Positions 1-9,267 of a stretch of 64,000 bases of DNA are shown here, in pieces. The DNA lies in NCBI GenBank assembly GCA_965224025.1, contig OZ245033.1, positions 2,912,001-2,976,000 on the forward strand, given 5' to 3'. Source of the DNA: Candidatus Multivorans sp. (GTDB lineage: Bacteria > Acidobacteriota > Thermoanaerobaculia > Multivoradales > Multivoraceae). The notes beneath the pieces are model-generated. The model had not been told where the DNA came from. It did not search any database and saw nothing but the letters and a program-made list of their open reading frames with translations. Positions within the stretch are counted from its first letter, which is position 1; every line of letters starts with the position of its first letter. The position numbers were made by a program, and so were the translations under genes.

Positions 1-1334
1 TGGTCGACCCGCTGGGCCGGGGTATGGGAAGTCTGGATGCGTCTCAGTAGCGTGTCGACGGTCCTGGCCTTGCGCTTCATCCCGGGCGTGTTCATCATCA
101 TCTTGGGGAGGGCTTGCGCGATATGAACGGCGAGGGCGCGCTCCTTGTAGGCGACCAAGTCCTGAATGAGGTCCTGCGACTCCACTCCGATGGTGAGCGG
201 GGAGAGCTGCGTGTTGACCAGGAGACGGCAGGACCGGGCCGGTATGAGATCGCCCACCTCCCAGTTCGCAAGGTACGTTCGAAGATAGGCATACAGTCGA
301 TCGAGTTGTCCGGCGAGCCTGCCGCGGGAGTATCCGGGCGACATGGCCTTGCGGAGTCGAAAATGATCCGCGCCGTCCAGGGAAGGCATGACGCCGGACG
401 CGCCGTAGACTTTCTCGAAGTCGTTGAAGTAGTCCTTCGTTCTCAGGTACATGCGCCCGCGCTTGTTGACCCATTGATTCACGTCGGTCCCCGCCATGCA
501 GATCATGCGCTCCCCGATGGGTGGGCGGAGTTCGAATACAGGCCCGAACTCTTGCGCCAGACTCGCGAAGAGTGCCGGAACATTGCCGTCGCGGGCATGT
601 TCGTTGAACGGCAACCTCCGGAATGGAACGGTCGGAATCTTCTTCGTGAGAGCCGAGTGCCGTCGGATCGGCTCCGCGATGTTCTGGGCCACTGCCTCGG
701 CGATGGAACGCCCGATCAGGTCCATCTTGCAGACCAGTTCGATCCGTTCCTCCGCCTCTTCGTCGATCTGGAAGATGAAGCGCGGAACGTCGCAGGCGTT
801 GACGATGCAGAGAACGATGATGTCTCGCGGATCCGGGATGTCGTCGTTGAAGATGACGTTGGCGATTCGGTCCCGAATGAACTGGCTCGCCGTGCCTTCG
901 CCGGATTGGCCGTGCGCGTCCGCCTGCCAGCCGCTTCGCGGAAGGGTCCAGAAGTCGCCGTCGTGGTGCTGGAGGATCTTCCGCTCCACCAGGCGGTCGA
1001 GGGTGAGATCGACGACGGCCTCGGCCTGTGGCGCGAGCCGTTCGATCCAGTAGCGGGCTGTCCGCTGGGTCTGCGCCTCGGCCAGCTCCTTGAGAATCGG
1101 ATCGAGAGCCGGGTCTCCCGTTTCCGTCGCGTCCATGAGATAGAGAGCTTCCGGGTCCGTATCGATGCGCGACTGAAGGGAGAGTTCGGCAAGGACCGCC
1201 CCGGCAACGGCGCAGTGCAGGTGCCAGCCGGGGACCTGATGGAAGTAGCCGTTCTCCTCGTTGAGGAGCATCAGAATCAACTCGTCCGTGAGAGTCAGTC
1301 CCTGGCTCGCGGGAATTGCGGAGGTGGTAGTCAT
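1..1334 (-). CDS. GPP34 (Golgi phosphoprotein 3-like) domain fused to cytochrome P450; 3' end lies beyond the window's left edge
   Basis: Manual translation from ATG at 1334. MTTTSAIPASQGLTLTDELILMLLNEENGYFHQVPGWHLHCAVAGAVLAELSLQSRIDTD is GPP34-like. It continues into PALFASLAQEFGPVFELRP...MPSLDGADHFRLRKAMSPGYSRGRL, the P450 N-terminal/C-helix signature. The frame reads open to position 1; the heme-Cys motif is outside the window. Confidence 0.78.
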   Translation of the reverse strand, partial: MTTTSAIPASQGLTLTDELILMLLNEENGYFHQVPGWHLHCAVAGAVLAELSLQSRIDTDPEALYLMDATETGDPALDPILKELAEAQTQRTARYWIERLAPQAEAVVDLTLDRLVERKILQHHDGDFWTLPRSGWQADAHGQSGEGTASQFIRDRIANVIFNDDIPDPRDIIVLCIVNACDVPRFIFQIDEEAEERIELVCKMDLIGRSIAEAVAQNIAEPIRRHSALTKKIPTVPFRRLPFNEHARDGNVPALFASLAQEFGPVFELRPPIGERMICMAGTDVNQWVNKRGRMYLRTKDYFNDFEKVYGASGVMPSLDGADHFRLRKAMSPGYSRGRLAGQLDRLYAYLRTYLANWEVGDLIPARSCRLLVNTQLSPLTIGVESQDLIQDLVAYKERALAVHIAQALPKMMMNTPGMKRKARTVDTLLRRIQTSHTPAQRVD

Positions 1335-1384
1335 TTGGTGGCCTTGTTCGGGAGGGTCGGAACCAGTCCGGGTCGTCGCGCTGC

Positions 1385-2224
1385 CTATGCTGCCTCAAGG
1401 GCGGGACCGCGGGCCCGGCGCCGAGAGGTCAATCGAACGTGAATCGTATACAGGGACGGTACGAGTAGCATCAGAAGAGAGGTCGTGATGGCGATGCCGA
1501 AGCCCAGCGAAGCGGCGAACGGGACGAGGAACTGTGCATGGACGGCGTCTTCCAGAATGAGTGGCGTGAAGCCGAGGAAGGTGGTGAGCGAAGTGAGCAT
1601 GATCGGTCGGAAACGCCCCTTCGCGCCTTCGATGATCGCGGTCCGGGCTGAGGAGCCCTGTCCGAGTTTCTGGTCGATGAAATCGATCATGACGGTGGGA
1701 AGCGCTGTGAACTCGTCCTTGATCTGGTACGCCAGTTCCTTCAGGGAGCGCTCGGACACGGCGCCATGGACGATCAGGCGCATCATGCTCTGGCGGTTGG
1801 TCATCTCCCGGATTTGGGGACGGTCTGCTTCGGCCGGGAAGGACTGGATCCGGTCAACCGCGGACTCGATGTCGTCCAGCGCCTTGGCCATATCCGTTCC
1901 CGAACTCACTTCAACTCGAACCGAGGCCATTCCGGGAGCGGCCACGGACTTGACCGCCTTGACGTCGTCCAAGCCACTGACCTCGTCCTCGATCCTGAGG
2001 ACGATGGACTCCTCGACCTCCTCCGGTGTGGCACCGGGATAGGCCATCGAGACCTCGATCTGGAAGAAGGGCACCGTGGGCCAAGCCTCGCGCTCGATCC
2101 CGGTAAACGAGACGAGGCCTGCAGCGATGATCGCCAACATCAACAGGTTGGCCGCAACACCGTTGCTCGCCATGTAGGCAATTGGTCCAGGCCGTTCGCC
2201 GTGGCTGCTGTCGTTGGAAGTCAC
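1385..2224 (-). pseudogene. AcrB/MdtC-type RND permease with a large in-frame internal deletion
   Basis: The N-terminus (VAANLLM...YPGATPEEVEESIV) joins at ~1690 directly to the last helices (MIDFID...AIIEGAKGRFRPIMLTSLTTFLGFTPL). 279 aa versus ~1000 aa typical for the family. Confidence 0.8.
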
Positions 2225-4209
2225 TTGTGTGCCACAACTTTACCGCGATGGCCGCGGCTCGGCCCTCGGCACTGGAACCGCACCCGCAGGCCGCCGTTGA
2301 TCACGCGCCCGTGCAGGGGCGCCCAGGCATCGACGGTCCAGCGTCCGTCGGGTGCGCGGTCCGGGCGCAGCGACGAGTGCCACCGGTGCTGCCGCACGTC
2401 GGTGAGGTTCTCCAGGTTGACGAAGAGGCGGACCGGTCCGAACCGGCGTTCCAGCAGGACGCCGACCACCGTGTACGGCTCGCTGGTGTTGCGATAGGGG
2501 TTCGCCTCGAGCCGCTGCTCTCCCGTGTAGTACACCTCAAGGCCGATCCGGCCGTCCTCGTTCTCGGCCATGGCGACGGCGCCGAGGCTGTGGCGCGGGG
2601 TCTGCGGCACGTCGAAGGTCGCGTCGCCGACCCGCTCGCGTGAGCGAACGTGGGTGTAGGTGGCGGTGACGGCGAACGGCGGCCGGCGGTACGTCCCGAG
2701 CAGCTCCACGCCGACGTTCCTGGTGGGATGGTCGAGGTTGCGCAGCACGAACGTCTCGCGGTCGACGTGCAGCGGGTCGGCGATGCGTGATGTGAACAGA
2801 GTCGTGGTGAAGGCGAGCGGACCGTGGGTACGGGTGAGGTCGATCGAGGCGCTGCGGCCTCGTTCCGCCCGCAGCGGGCCGTTCACCATGAGCCGGGTCA
2901 GGCCGGCCGCCTCGGCCTCTTCCGTGAGCGGCGTCGGCCCGAAGAACCCGGTCCCGGCCGACATGCGCGTCGACCAGTCGCCGAACCGCAGGAGCACCGA
3001 GACGCGGGGGCTGAAGAACCAGCCGTACTCGCTGTGGCGGTCCGCACGGCCGCTGATCGACAGTGCCAGCCGCTCGTTCACGTCGATGTCGTCCTGGACG
3101 AACAGGCCCGGCGTCGTGAAGGAGTAACCGAAGCCGGGAACGTCCCTCGGTTCGTAGGTGTCGTGCTCGACCGCGGCGCCTGCGACCCAGGTATGCCGCC
3201 CCGCCGCTCGGCGCACCGTGACTTCCGCGAAACCTGTTTCATGGCGGTCGCGTTCCAGGGTCGTTCCGAACCGGTGTTCGTGCCGATTCCGCGCGATGGC
3301 GGCGCGTCCGTTGATGACGGAACCTCCGGCCACGGTCTGCCACAGCGCTCCGAAGTCGCGGCGGCGGGTGTCGAGGGCCTCGCGGTAGGGCGAACCGGTC
3401 GCAGTGAGCGTGTGGCCCGGCTCCGTGCCGCCGCGGCGGCTCTCGCGGGTCGCACCGGCTGTGAGCAGGAGCGACCGCCCCTGTCCGTCGTCCCAGAACA
3501 CCCGCGGCCGAACGACGCCGCGGGCGTAGCGGGCCATGTCCGCCCAGCCGTCGCCGTCGATGTCCGTGAGGCTCTGCCAGTGTCCGCCGCCGACGAGGGT
3601 CATCCCCCAGTTGCCGGACAGCGGGGTGGAAAGCCACAGCACACTGTCCGTGCCGTCCCGCGTCGACTGGTTGAGCAGGACCTCCCGCTCAGCCTCGTCG
3701 CCGGGCCGCCGCGACAGCAGGTTGACCACGCCGCCCATCGCGCCGGCGCCGTGCAGGGCGGACGCGACGCCCTTGATGACCTCGACCTGCCCCAGGTCCA
3801 TCGGCGGAATCTGGAGCAGTCCGAGGCCACCGGGCTGAGCGCCGTAGAGCGGCAAGCCGTCCGAGAGGATGCGCGTGTAGCGCCCCCGCATGCCCTGAAT
3901 GCGAACGCTCGCGGCGCCGAGCGAGGGCGACGTCGCCTGCACCCGCATGCCGCCCATCTCGTTGAGCATCATGACGATGTCACCCGGCGTCATGAGCATC
4001 TTCTCTTCGATTTCCTCCCGGTCGAGCACCTCGACCCGCATCGGCTGGTCCTCGATGCGGCGACCCGTGCGGGTGCTGGCGACCACGGTAACCTCTTCCT
4101 CGACGGTCATCTCCGGCTCGGATTCGCCCTGCGTCTGGTCCGTTTCCTGCGCCACGGCGTCAACGGACGGCGCGGCAAGCAGCAGGACGAGTGCGATCAG
4201 CCTCGCCAT
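2221..4209 (-). CDS. TonB-dependent receptor (plug + barrel)
   Basis: Signal peptide from ATG 4209, VTVVASTR box, plug motifs IQGMRGRYTRILSDG and VEVIKGVASALHGAGAMGGVVNL. The barrel end NGGLRVRF is followed by a 17-aa extension. Confidence 0.85.
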   Translation of the reverse strand: MARLIALVLLLAAPSVDAVAQETDQTQGESEPEMTVEEEVTVVASTRTGRRIEDQPMRVEVLDREEIEEKMLMTPGDIVMMLNEMGGMRVQATSPSLGAASVRIQGMRGRYTRILSDGLPLYGAQPGGLGLLQIPPMDLGQVEVIKGVASALHGAGAMGGVVNLLSRRPGDEAEREVLLNQSTRDGTDSVLWLSTPLSGNWGMTLVGGGHWQSLTDIDGDGWADMARYARGVVRPRVFWDDGQGRSLLLTAGATRESRRGGTEPGHTLTATGSPYREALDTRRRDFGALWQTVAGGSVINGRAAIARNRHEHRFGTTLERDRHETGFAEVTVRRAAGRHTWVAGAAVEHDTYEPRDVPGFGYSFTTPGLFVQDDIDVNERLALSISGRADRHSEYGWFFSPRVSVLLRFGDWSTRMSAGTGFFGPTPLTEEAEAAGLTRLMVNGPLRAERGRSASIDLTRTHGPLAFTTTLFTSRIADPLHVDRETFVLRNLDHPTRNVGVELLGTYRRPPFAVTATYTHVRSRERVGDATFDVPQTPRHSLGAVAMAENEDGRIGLEVYYTGEQRLEANPYRNTSEPYTVVGVLLERRFGPVRLFVNLENLTDVRQHRWHSSLRPDRAPDGRWTVDAWAPLHGRVINGGLRVRFQCRGPSRGHRGKVVAHK

Positions 4210-4257
4210 GGGATTCAACTGCGGGGTCAAAGGCTGACCTGGCACGGCGAGGCGCCC

Positions 4258-5232
4258 CTAGGCGAGCGCGGCCCTCCAGAACTCCATCATGTCCTCGTGG
4301 AACGCCTGTGCCTGGTCGCCGGCGGTGCCGATCCGCGCACCCCTGCGGCCGTAGGGCGACTTGACCTGGTAGATCATCGCGTCGCGTTCCGTGAAGCCCG
4401 GATCGGCCTTGCCGGTCACCGGATGAACGAGAGCGCCGTCGTCGCGGATGTAAATCGTCGGAGCGCCCGGGCTGACCGATGCGTCGGGGACGAGCTCGAC
4501 CGGCGTGTCGCGGTCGAAGCTGTGGTGCGTGTCCGGGAAGAGCCGGAAGCTCGCGTCGCATCCGCACAGCGTCATCGCGTGCATGTGGGCCTGGACCTGG
4601 AGCGGCAAGCACCATTCGTCCAGGTCGCCGATGACCGAGCGCACGACGGTGCGGCCGACATCGGGCCGCAGGAACTGCATGCCGGACCACGGGTACGCGG
4701 CGTAGATGGCGGCGAGCCCGGGCGCCCTCTCCGGGCCCACAATCGGCGTCAGGCAGGCCGCGGACAGGACCGCCGACCCGCCGCGGCTATGGCCTTGAGC
4801 GCCGATGCGCGCGGCGTCGATGTCCGCGTGTTCGACCAGGACCGTAGCGGTCGCGAGCACGTCCCAGGCGCTCGCCGCGAACGAGTACTGCGCCTGGTTG
4901 GCGACGGTCGAGGTGACGCCACGCGTGCCGAACGGGTCGATCACGCAGCAGGCGATCCCGGCCTCCGTGAGCAGGTCCGCCTTGGCGACGTGTGACGGCG
5001 CGACGCCGAGGCTTCCCGGCACGACGATCACGACGGGCCACGGCCCCGGTCCCGGCGGCAGGAACAGGCTGCCGAGGATCTCCGTTTCCGGCATGGCATC
5101 GGGCTCGGAGATTGCCTGGTGGAAGCCGGCTGGATCGGCGGTGTGGATGCGGAGCACTTCGCCCGCGATGCCGTTCTCGAGAACGACCGGCCCGTCCGTC
5201 AGGCTGACCGTCGCACTGCTGTTTGTTGGCAC
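4258..5232 (-). CDS. Dienelactone hydrolase-like alpha/beta hydrolase
   Basis: Nucleophile elbow GAQGHSRGG, IGDLDEW acid and HHSFD catalytic His; RBS GGAGG upstream. Confidence 0.75.
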   Translation of the reverse strand: MPTNSSATVSLTDGPVVLENGIAGEVLRIHTADPAGFHQAISEPDAMPETEILGSLFLPPGPGPWPVVIVVPGSLGVAPSHVAKADLLTEAGIACCVIDPFGTRGVTSTVANQAQYSFAASAWDVLATATVLVEHADIDAARIGAQGHSRGGSAVLSAACLTPIVGPERAPGLAAIYAAYPWSGMQFLRPDVGRTVVRSVIGDLDEWCLPLQVQAHMHAMTLCGCDASFRLFPDTHHSFDRDTPVELVPDASVSPGAPTIYIRDDGALVHPVTGKADPGFTERDAMIYQVKSPYGRRGARIGTAGDQAQAFHEDMMEFWRAALA

Positions 5233-5384
5233 TTGGCTACCTCCCTTGCGGTCCAGGCGGCCTGGGCCGCCAGCTTACGCTCTTGCATGGAACAAGAGCT
5301 TCACCGGGCCGGTCAGGGCATCGCGCTTAGGGCCCGCGGCGGCCCCGTAACCGCGTAGAGCGCCTCGCTCGCTGCGACGCCGTA

Positions 5385-5551
5385 TCTCTGGGTGCGCGGG
5401 TCATCTGACCCGCTGCCGCCGAAGGCGGCCAGAAACACGCGCCGGCCGAAGGACGGCTCCGCGCCGACGAGAGCCCACGTTTGCCGAGGACTGCGCACGC
5501 CGCTCCGCGGCGGCGCCAGGAAGCGGGCCAGAAGGCCCGCTCACCCAGAGA
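5385..5551. repeat. REP/REPIN-like element with two inverted ~30-bp palindromic units
   Basis: tctctgggtgcgcgggtcatctgacccgct (5385-5414) and agcgggccagaaggcccgctcacccagaga (5522-5551). Same family as the repeats at 51625-52052, including the gccgccgnaggcggcc hairpin. Confidence 0.75.
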
Positions 5552-5552
5552 G

Positions 5553-6215
5553 TAGGCGATTGCGGTCCCGCCCTGGATGTGCATCGAGCCGCCGTGCGCC
5601 GAGGGCCAGGCGTAGCGGCGGTAGAGGCCCTGGCCGCGCCAGTGGAGTCCGCCGGCGACGCCGTAGAGCTGCCGCACGACGAAGCAGATGTAAGGCGTCC
5701 GGGTCAGGTTGAGCGCCGTCACGACGCGGGCGCCCGCCCTCACGATGCCTAGCCGCTCCTGCGCGGGGCCGACGGAGAACCCGGGCTCGTCGGCGAAGTA
5801 GACGAGCGGCAGGTGGAAGGTCTCGCGGAGCTCCAGCAGCCGGAGCATCTTCTCGCCGGCTGCGATGTCCATCGAACCGCCGTTGAAGCGGGGGTCGTTG
5901 CTCATGACCCCGCAGGGTATGCCGTCGACACGTGCAAGCCCCGTCACGCGGGCCCGGCCGTAGTGCGGCCCGATCTCGAAGAAGCTGCCCTCGTCCACCA
6001 CGGCGCCAACGATCTCGTAGGGGTCGTAGGTTCGGCGCCGGTCCTGGGGCACCGCGGACAGCAGCGACTCGGCTCGCCGGTCCGGATCGTCGTCCGGCGT
6101 GACCTCCGGCGGAGCCTCCCAGACGCTGGAGGGCAGGTGCGAGAGGAACCGCCTCACCTGGCCGATCGCGTCGGCCTCGTCCTCGGCCAGGTTCATGACC
6201 ACGCCGTTTCTGACC
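5553..6215 (-). pseudogene. Acyl-CoA carboxylase carboxyltransferase fragment, truncated at both ends
   Basis: RNGVVMNLAEDEADAI...VDEGSFFEIG...GLARVDG...HLPLVYFADEPGF...YAWPSAHGGSM. The N-terminal half is missing, and homology stops at GTAIAY where the REP element begins. Confidence 0.75.
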
Positions 6216-6347
6216 TGAGTAGAGAAATTGGAGAAACCCGCAGAGATCTCGTGCGAGAAACGCTGCGCAAATCGGCGACCGAAGGGACGGCGTCAACAGG
6301 GTGTTGGCGGTACCAACGGGAATTTCGCGGAATCTGGCGGGACGTTT

Positions 6348-6809
6348 CTAGGCCGTGAGGTGCTGAATGATGACGTCGACGATGTCGTCCACGTAGTCGC
6401 GCCGCAGGCCGAGGAAGGGGCGAGCGGGGATCGTGGCCTCGATGCCGCGGCCGAACAGGTTGTCGTGCTCGTGGCCGAACTGATGGGTGGCGGCATAGAT
6501 GAGGTTGGTGCCGGCGACGGCGGAGGTGCGGTCGTGGTCCGAGTCGATGCTGCGCAGGAGGTCGCGGGTGATTTGGAGGATGGGACCGTCGCGGCCTGCC
6601 TTCTGGCGCCGCTTGAGCGTGGTGTCGGCGAGCGGCGCCCAGGGCGTACCGTCCGGACTTCGCTCGTTGGCGAAGGCGTCTTCGGTGGAGGCGACGAGGA
6701 TCTCGGAGATGCGCGCCATCGCGGGGCTCAGGTCCTGGGAATCGCGGGAGAGACGAGCCAGGCGCTGCCGGATCTCGGTGTCCTCGATGCGAATGTCGAT
6801 CTGGACCAT
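6348..6809 (-). CDS. Phage virion morphogenesis protein (Mu gpG / Phage_tail_S family)
   Basis: FANERSPDGTPWAPLADTT...ILQITRDLLRSI...GTNLIYAATHQFG...IPARPFLGL are family motifs. Confidence 0.87.
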   Translation of the reverse strand: MVQIDIRIEDTEIRQRLARLSRDSQDLSPAMARISEILVASTEDAFANERSPDGTPWAPLADTTLKRRQKAGRDGPILQITRDLLRSIDSDHDRTSAVAGTNLIYAATHQFGHEHDNLFGRGIEATIPARPFLGLRRDYVDDIVDVIIQHLTA

Positions 6810-6811
6810 GC

Positions 6812-6820
6812 TGTTAGAGT
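6812..6820 (+). promoter_or_regulatory. Putative extended -10 promoter (TGnTAGAGT) firing convergently toward the MuF gene
   Basis: tgttagagt is an AT-rich match in GC-rich context, ending 4 nt before the hairpin at 6825. Confidence 0.4.
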
Positions 6821-6824
6821 CGGA

Positions 6825-6931
6825 GGTGCCAACCGGGGATTCGCGTCTGGGACTCGCACTGCTCCTGCCGCAGAAGTTGCCGGCGGATTCGGGACAGAGG
6901 CAGGCTGCTGTTCCGCACGCCGGTTGGCATC
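6825..6931 (+). ncRNA. Candidate structured small RNA at the 3' end of the MuF-PBECR gene
   Basis: Closing stem ggtgccaaccgg (6825-6836)/ccggttggcatc (6920-6931). Inner stems gggac/gttcc and cctgcc/ggcagg. G-U pairs form only on the + strand. Confidence 0.4.
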
Positions 6932-8246
6932 AAGGGCGACGATACAGCAACTCGCCCTGCCTTCGCTTGTAGACCTGGGCGTGACGAGTGGTCGTAAAGA
7001 AGGTCCAGGCGATCCATGCCTGTTTCGGCTCGATGGAAATCACCGCTGTCCTGCCATCGTCGAAAGCACCGAGGAAGTGAGGGCGCAACACCGGTCCCTT
7101 CGCTTCGGTGCCGACCCAGGTGAGCCAGACCTCGTGAGGATTCTGCAGGGCCGGCAGGATGAAGTTGGCGAACTCGGCGCGACTTGGGTGCGGCGCGACG
7201 TGCTCGACGAATGCCTGATCGATCTGGACGTCTTCGAGGCCGGCGGGAGTCTCGACGGTGAGTATTGTGCGACGCAAATAGCCGGGCCTACGGCGGCTCG
7301 GCAAACCCAGGGCGGCGTAGATGTTCGCCATCGCCTCCGCGGACGTGGCCGGTGTGGACAAGCGCACGGCGCTGAGTGGATTCGCCGGCGGCCAACCGTC
7401 GGTCAACCCAAGGTCGCTCGGTCCCCGCTGGCCCGGTGCGACTCGTCTCAGGCCGAGCCAGGGCGCGGCGCTGCCGACGCCTCCAGGTGGCCCTCCAAGC
7501 GACTGAGCAGTCAGCCCCGGCCGGTAGTTCCATCCTGGGTCAGGCGCCATGAGGCCGCGGAAGCTGGTCGTCTCCACCTCGTGGCCGCCGGTGACGGTGT
7601 GATGGACCGGCGCGAAGTCGCTCGGCCGGCTGCGTACCACCTCCAGCCCCATCCTCTGAACATCGCGTGCGCTGAGAGCGCGCACCAGACAGCGGCAGTT
7701 CCAGCCGTTGGGCGGGAAATGGGTGTCCCAGAAGGGGTCGTTGTACCGGAACACCTTGTTGTCCAGGGCTGCGTGGGAGGGCCGGGTGCGGCTGTCGTCC
7801 ATCGCGTCGTACAACCAGAAGGGGCGATCGCCGGCGTTGGACTTCATGGCCTGGTAGCGGGACGCTGCCCTGGCGGTCGCTACATTCGTGCGAAGTATGG
7901 TCTTCAGTCGGTGGCGGCTGCCGAGCTGGACGATCTCGGTTTCGCCGGTGTGGGGGTTGACGCGCTCCTGCTTGCCCCACCAGCCCTGGTCTACCAGTTT
8001 CGGCGCCAGCTCGCGCTCGAACTGGCGGAACGTCTGTCCGTCGGCGAGAGCCTTGTCGACGGCGCCGCGGATGTCCTTGAGCAGATCCAGCCTCGCCGCC
8101 TTGGCGACGGTGAACGCCCTCGCGTGCTGCTGTTGCCACACCTCGGGCCAGTTCCAGGAGATCGCGTAGCCCTTGGACCGGAAATACTCGATCGCCCGCC
8201 GGGGCGGCAGGCTTACGGCGTGGCCGAGGTTGACCTCCTCGGGCAC
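6930..8246 (-). CDS. MuF phage head morphogenesis protein with C-terminal PBECR2-like nuclease (polymorphic toxin) domain
   Basis: MuF motifs AFTVAKA, RLKTILRTN, DSRTRPSH, HFPPNGWNCRC. C-terminal EHV...RAEFANFILPALQNPHEVW...WTFF...KRRQGELLYRR resembles PBECR2. GTG start at 8246. Confidence 0.82.
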   Translation of the reverse strand: MPEEVNLGHAVSLPPRRAIEYFRSKGYAISWNWPEVWQQQHARAFTVAKAARLDLLKDIRGAVDKALADGQTFRQFERELAPKLVDQGWWGKQERVNPHTGETEIVQLGSRHRLKTILRTNVATARAASRYQAMKSNAGDRPFWLYDAMDDSRTRPSHAALDNKVFRYNDPFWDTHFPPNGWNCRCLVRALSARDVQRMGLEVVRSRPSDFAPVHHTVTGGHEVETTSFRGLMAPDPGWNYRPGLTAQSLGGPPGGVGSAAPWLGLRRVAPGQRGPSDLGLTDGWPPANPLSAVRLSTPATSAEAMANIYAALGLPSRRRPGYLRRTILTVETPAGLEDVQIDQAFVEHVAPHPSRAEFANFILPALQNPHEVWLTWVGTEAKGPVLRPHFLGAFDDGRTAVISIEPKQAWIAWTFFTTTRHAQVYKRRQGELLYRRP

Positions 8247-8247
8247 G

Positions 8248-9267
8248 TCAGGCGGCGATCGGCAGCCCGCGGTCCAGGGCCGCCCGGACCGCCCGGCCGC
8301 CGGGGCCGGCACGGTACACGGCGGACAAGTCCAGCAGATCGACAGCGGACTGGTGGATCGCCTCGCCGAGCACGGCCTCGTCGCCCGGCGTGCGCTGGTG
8401 GCGGCCGAGCAGGCGGTACGGTGCCGACATTGAGTCGCCGGCCCGGCAGTCCCAGACAGGCCGGAGAGGGCGGGTGAGCGCGGCCAAATCGAGCCCGGCC
8501 GCTCGAGCGCGGCGCCACATCCAGGTCAGCGCCCGATCGGAGAGTCCCGTGTCGGCGCGGCCGCCACCGACGTCGCCGTGCACGCCCGGGAACCAGACCT
8601 GCTCCACGACCTGGTCGGCCTGCTCGCCAGCCCACAGACTGGGGGCGAACGGCCGGCGCTGCTCGTCAATCGCGACCGCGTGACAGGCGTGACGGATGTG
8701 GGCGCCGAGGCCGACGTCATGCCAGCGCCAACGCCGGGCGCCGACCCACCGCAGGCCGTCAATCGGCACGCCCAGGGAGCCCACCGTGTCCCAGACGCCC
8801 AGGAAGCGCACGCGGGCCCGCACGGGGCTCACCCTGGCCTCCCACTCTGCGACCTCCTCCGCGCGGCGCCGGCGATAGACGCCCATTGCTGCCCGGGCAA
8901 GCGCGTAGGCCGAGTCCCGCTGCGGCGGAATGCCCAGAAGACCGACCATGCCGGCGAGGCTGCGAGCAGTGTAGGCTCCGCGGCTGTAGCCGAACAGATA
9001 GAGATCGAGTCCAGCGCAGTAGTGCTTGATCAGCCAGTGGTACGCCTCCTCGACGTTGCGGGCCAGCCCGAGGCCGACGACGCCGCCGCGGAGACGATCG
9101 AACCGGCCGGTGCCCACGCCCTCGTCGTAGTAGACGTGCGCCGGCACGAACCGCTCGGCCGCGGCCGCAGCCGAACGGGTCATGGCCACGTTGGTGGGGT
9201 GTGGCGCGTCGGCCCTGTTCCAGGTGCCGTCGAAGCACATCACGAGATTCACCGACGGGACGCTCAT
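8248..9267 (-). CDS. DUF2235 / Tle1-like phospholipase (alpha/beta hydrolase)
   Basis: CFDGTWN, YYDEGVGT, LFGYSRGAYTARSLAGM, FLGVWDTVGSLG, HAVAIDEQR, QVWFPGVHGDVGGG. Confidence 0.9.
   Translation of the reverse strand: MSVPSVNLVMCFDGTWNRADAPHPTNVAMTRSAAAAAERFVPAHVYYDEGVGTGRFDRLRGGVVGLGLARNVEEAYHWLIKHYCAGLDLYLFGYSRGAYTARSLAGMVGLLGIPPQRDSAYALARAAMGVYRRRRAEEVAEWEARVSPVRARVRFLGVWDTVGSLGVPIDGLRWVGARRWRWHDVGLGAHIRHACHAVAIDEQRRPFAPSLWAGEQADQVVEQVWFPGVHGDVGGGRADTGLSDRALTWMWRRARAAGLDLAALTRPLRPVWDCRAGDSMSAPYRLLGRHQRTPGDEAVLGEAIHQSAVDLLDLSAVYRAGPGGRAVRAALDRGLPIAA

Noticed and set aside
114-1442. 442-aa plus-strand ORF
   Set aside because: Antisense shadow of the GPP34-P450 gene; no motifs of its own.
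6825-6931. tRNA or intrinsic terminator reading of the hairpin
   Set aside because: The minus strand has a GAATCC T-loop-like word but no T-stem, cloverleaf or CCA. There is no U-tract on either strand.
8248-9267. T6SS effector locus
   Set aside because: No VgrG, PAAR, Hcp or Tli lipoprotein nearby; the context is a phage head operon.
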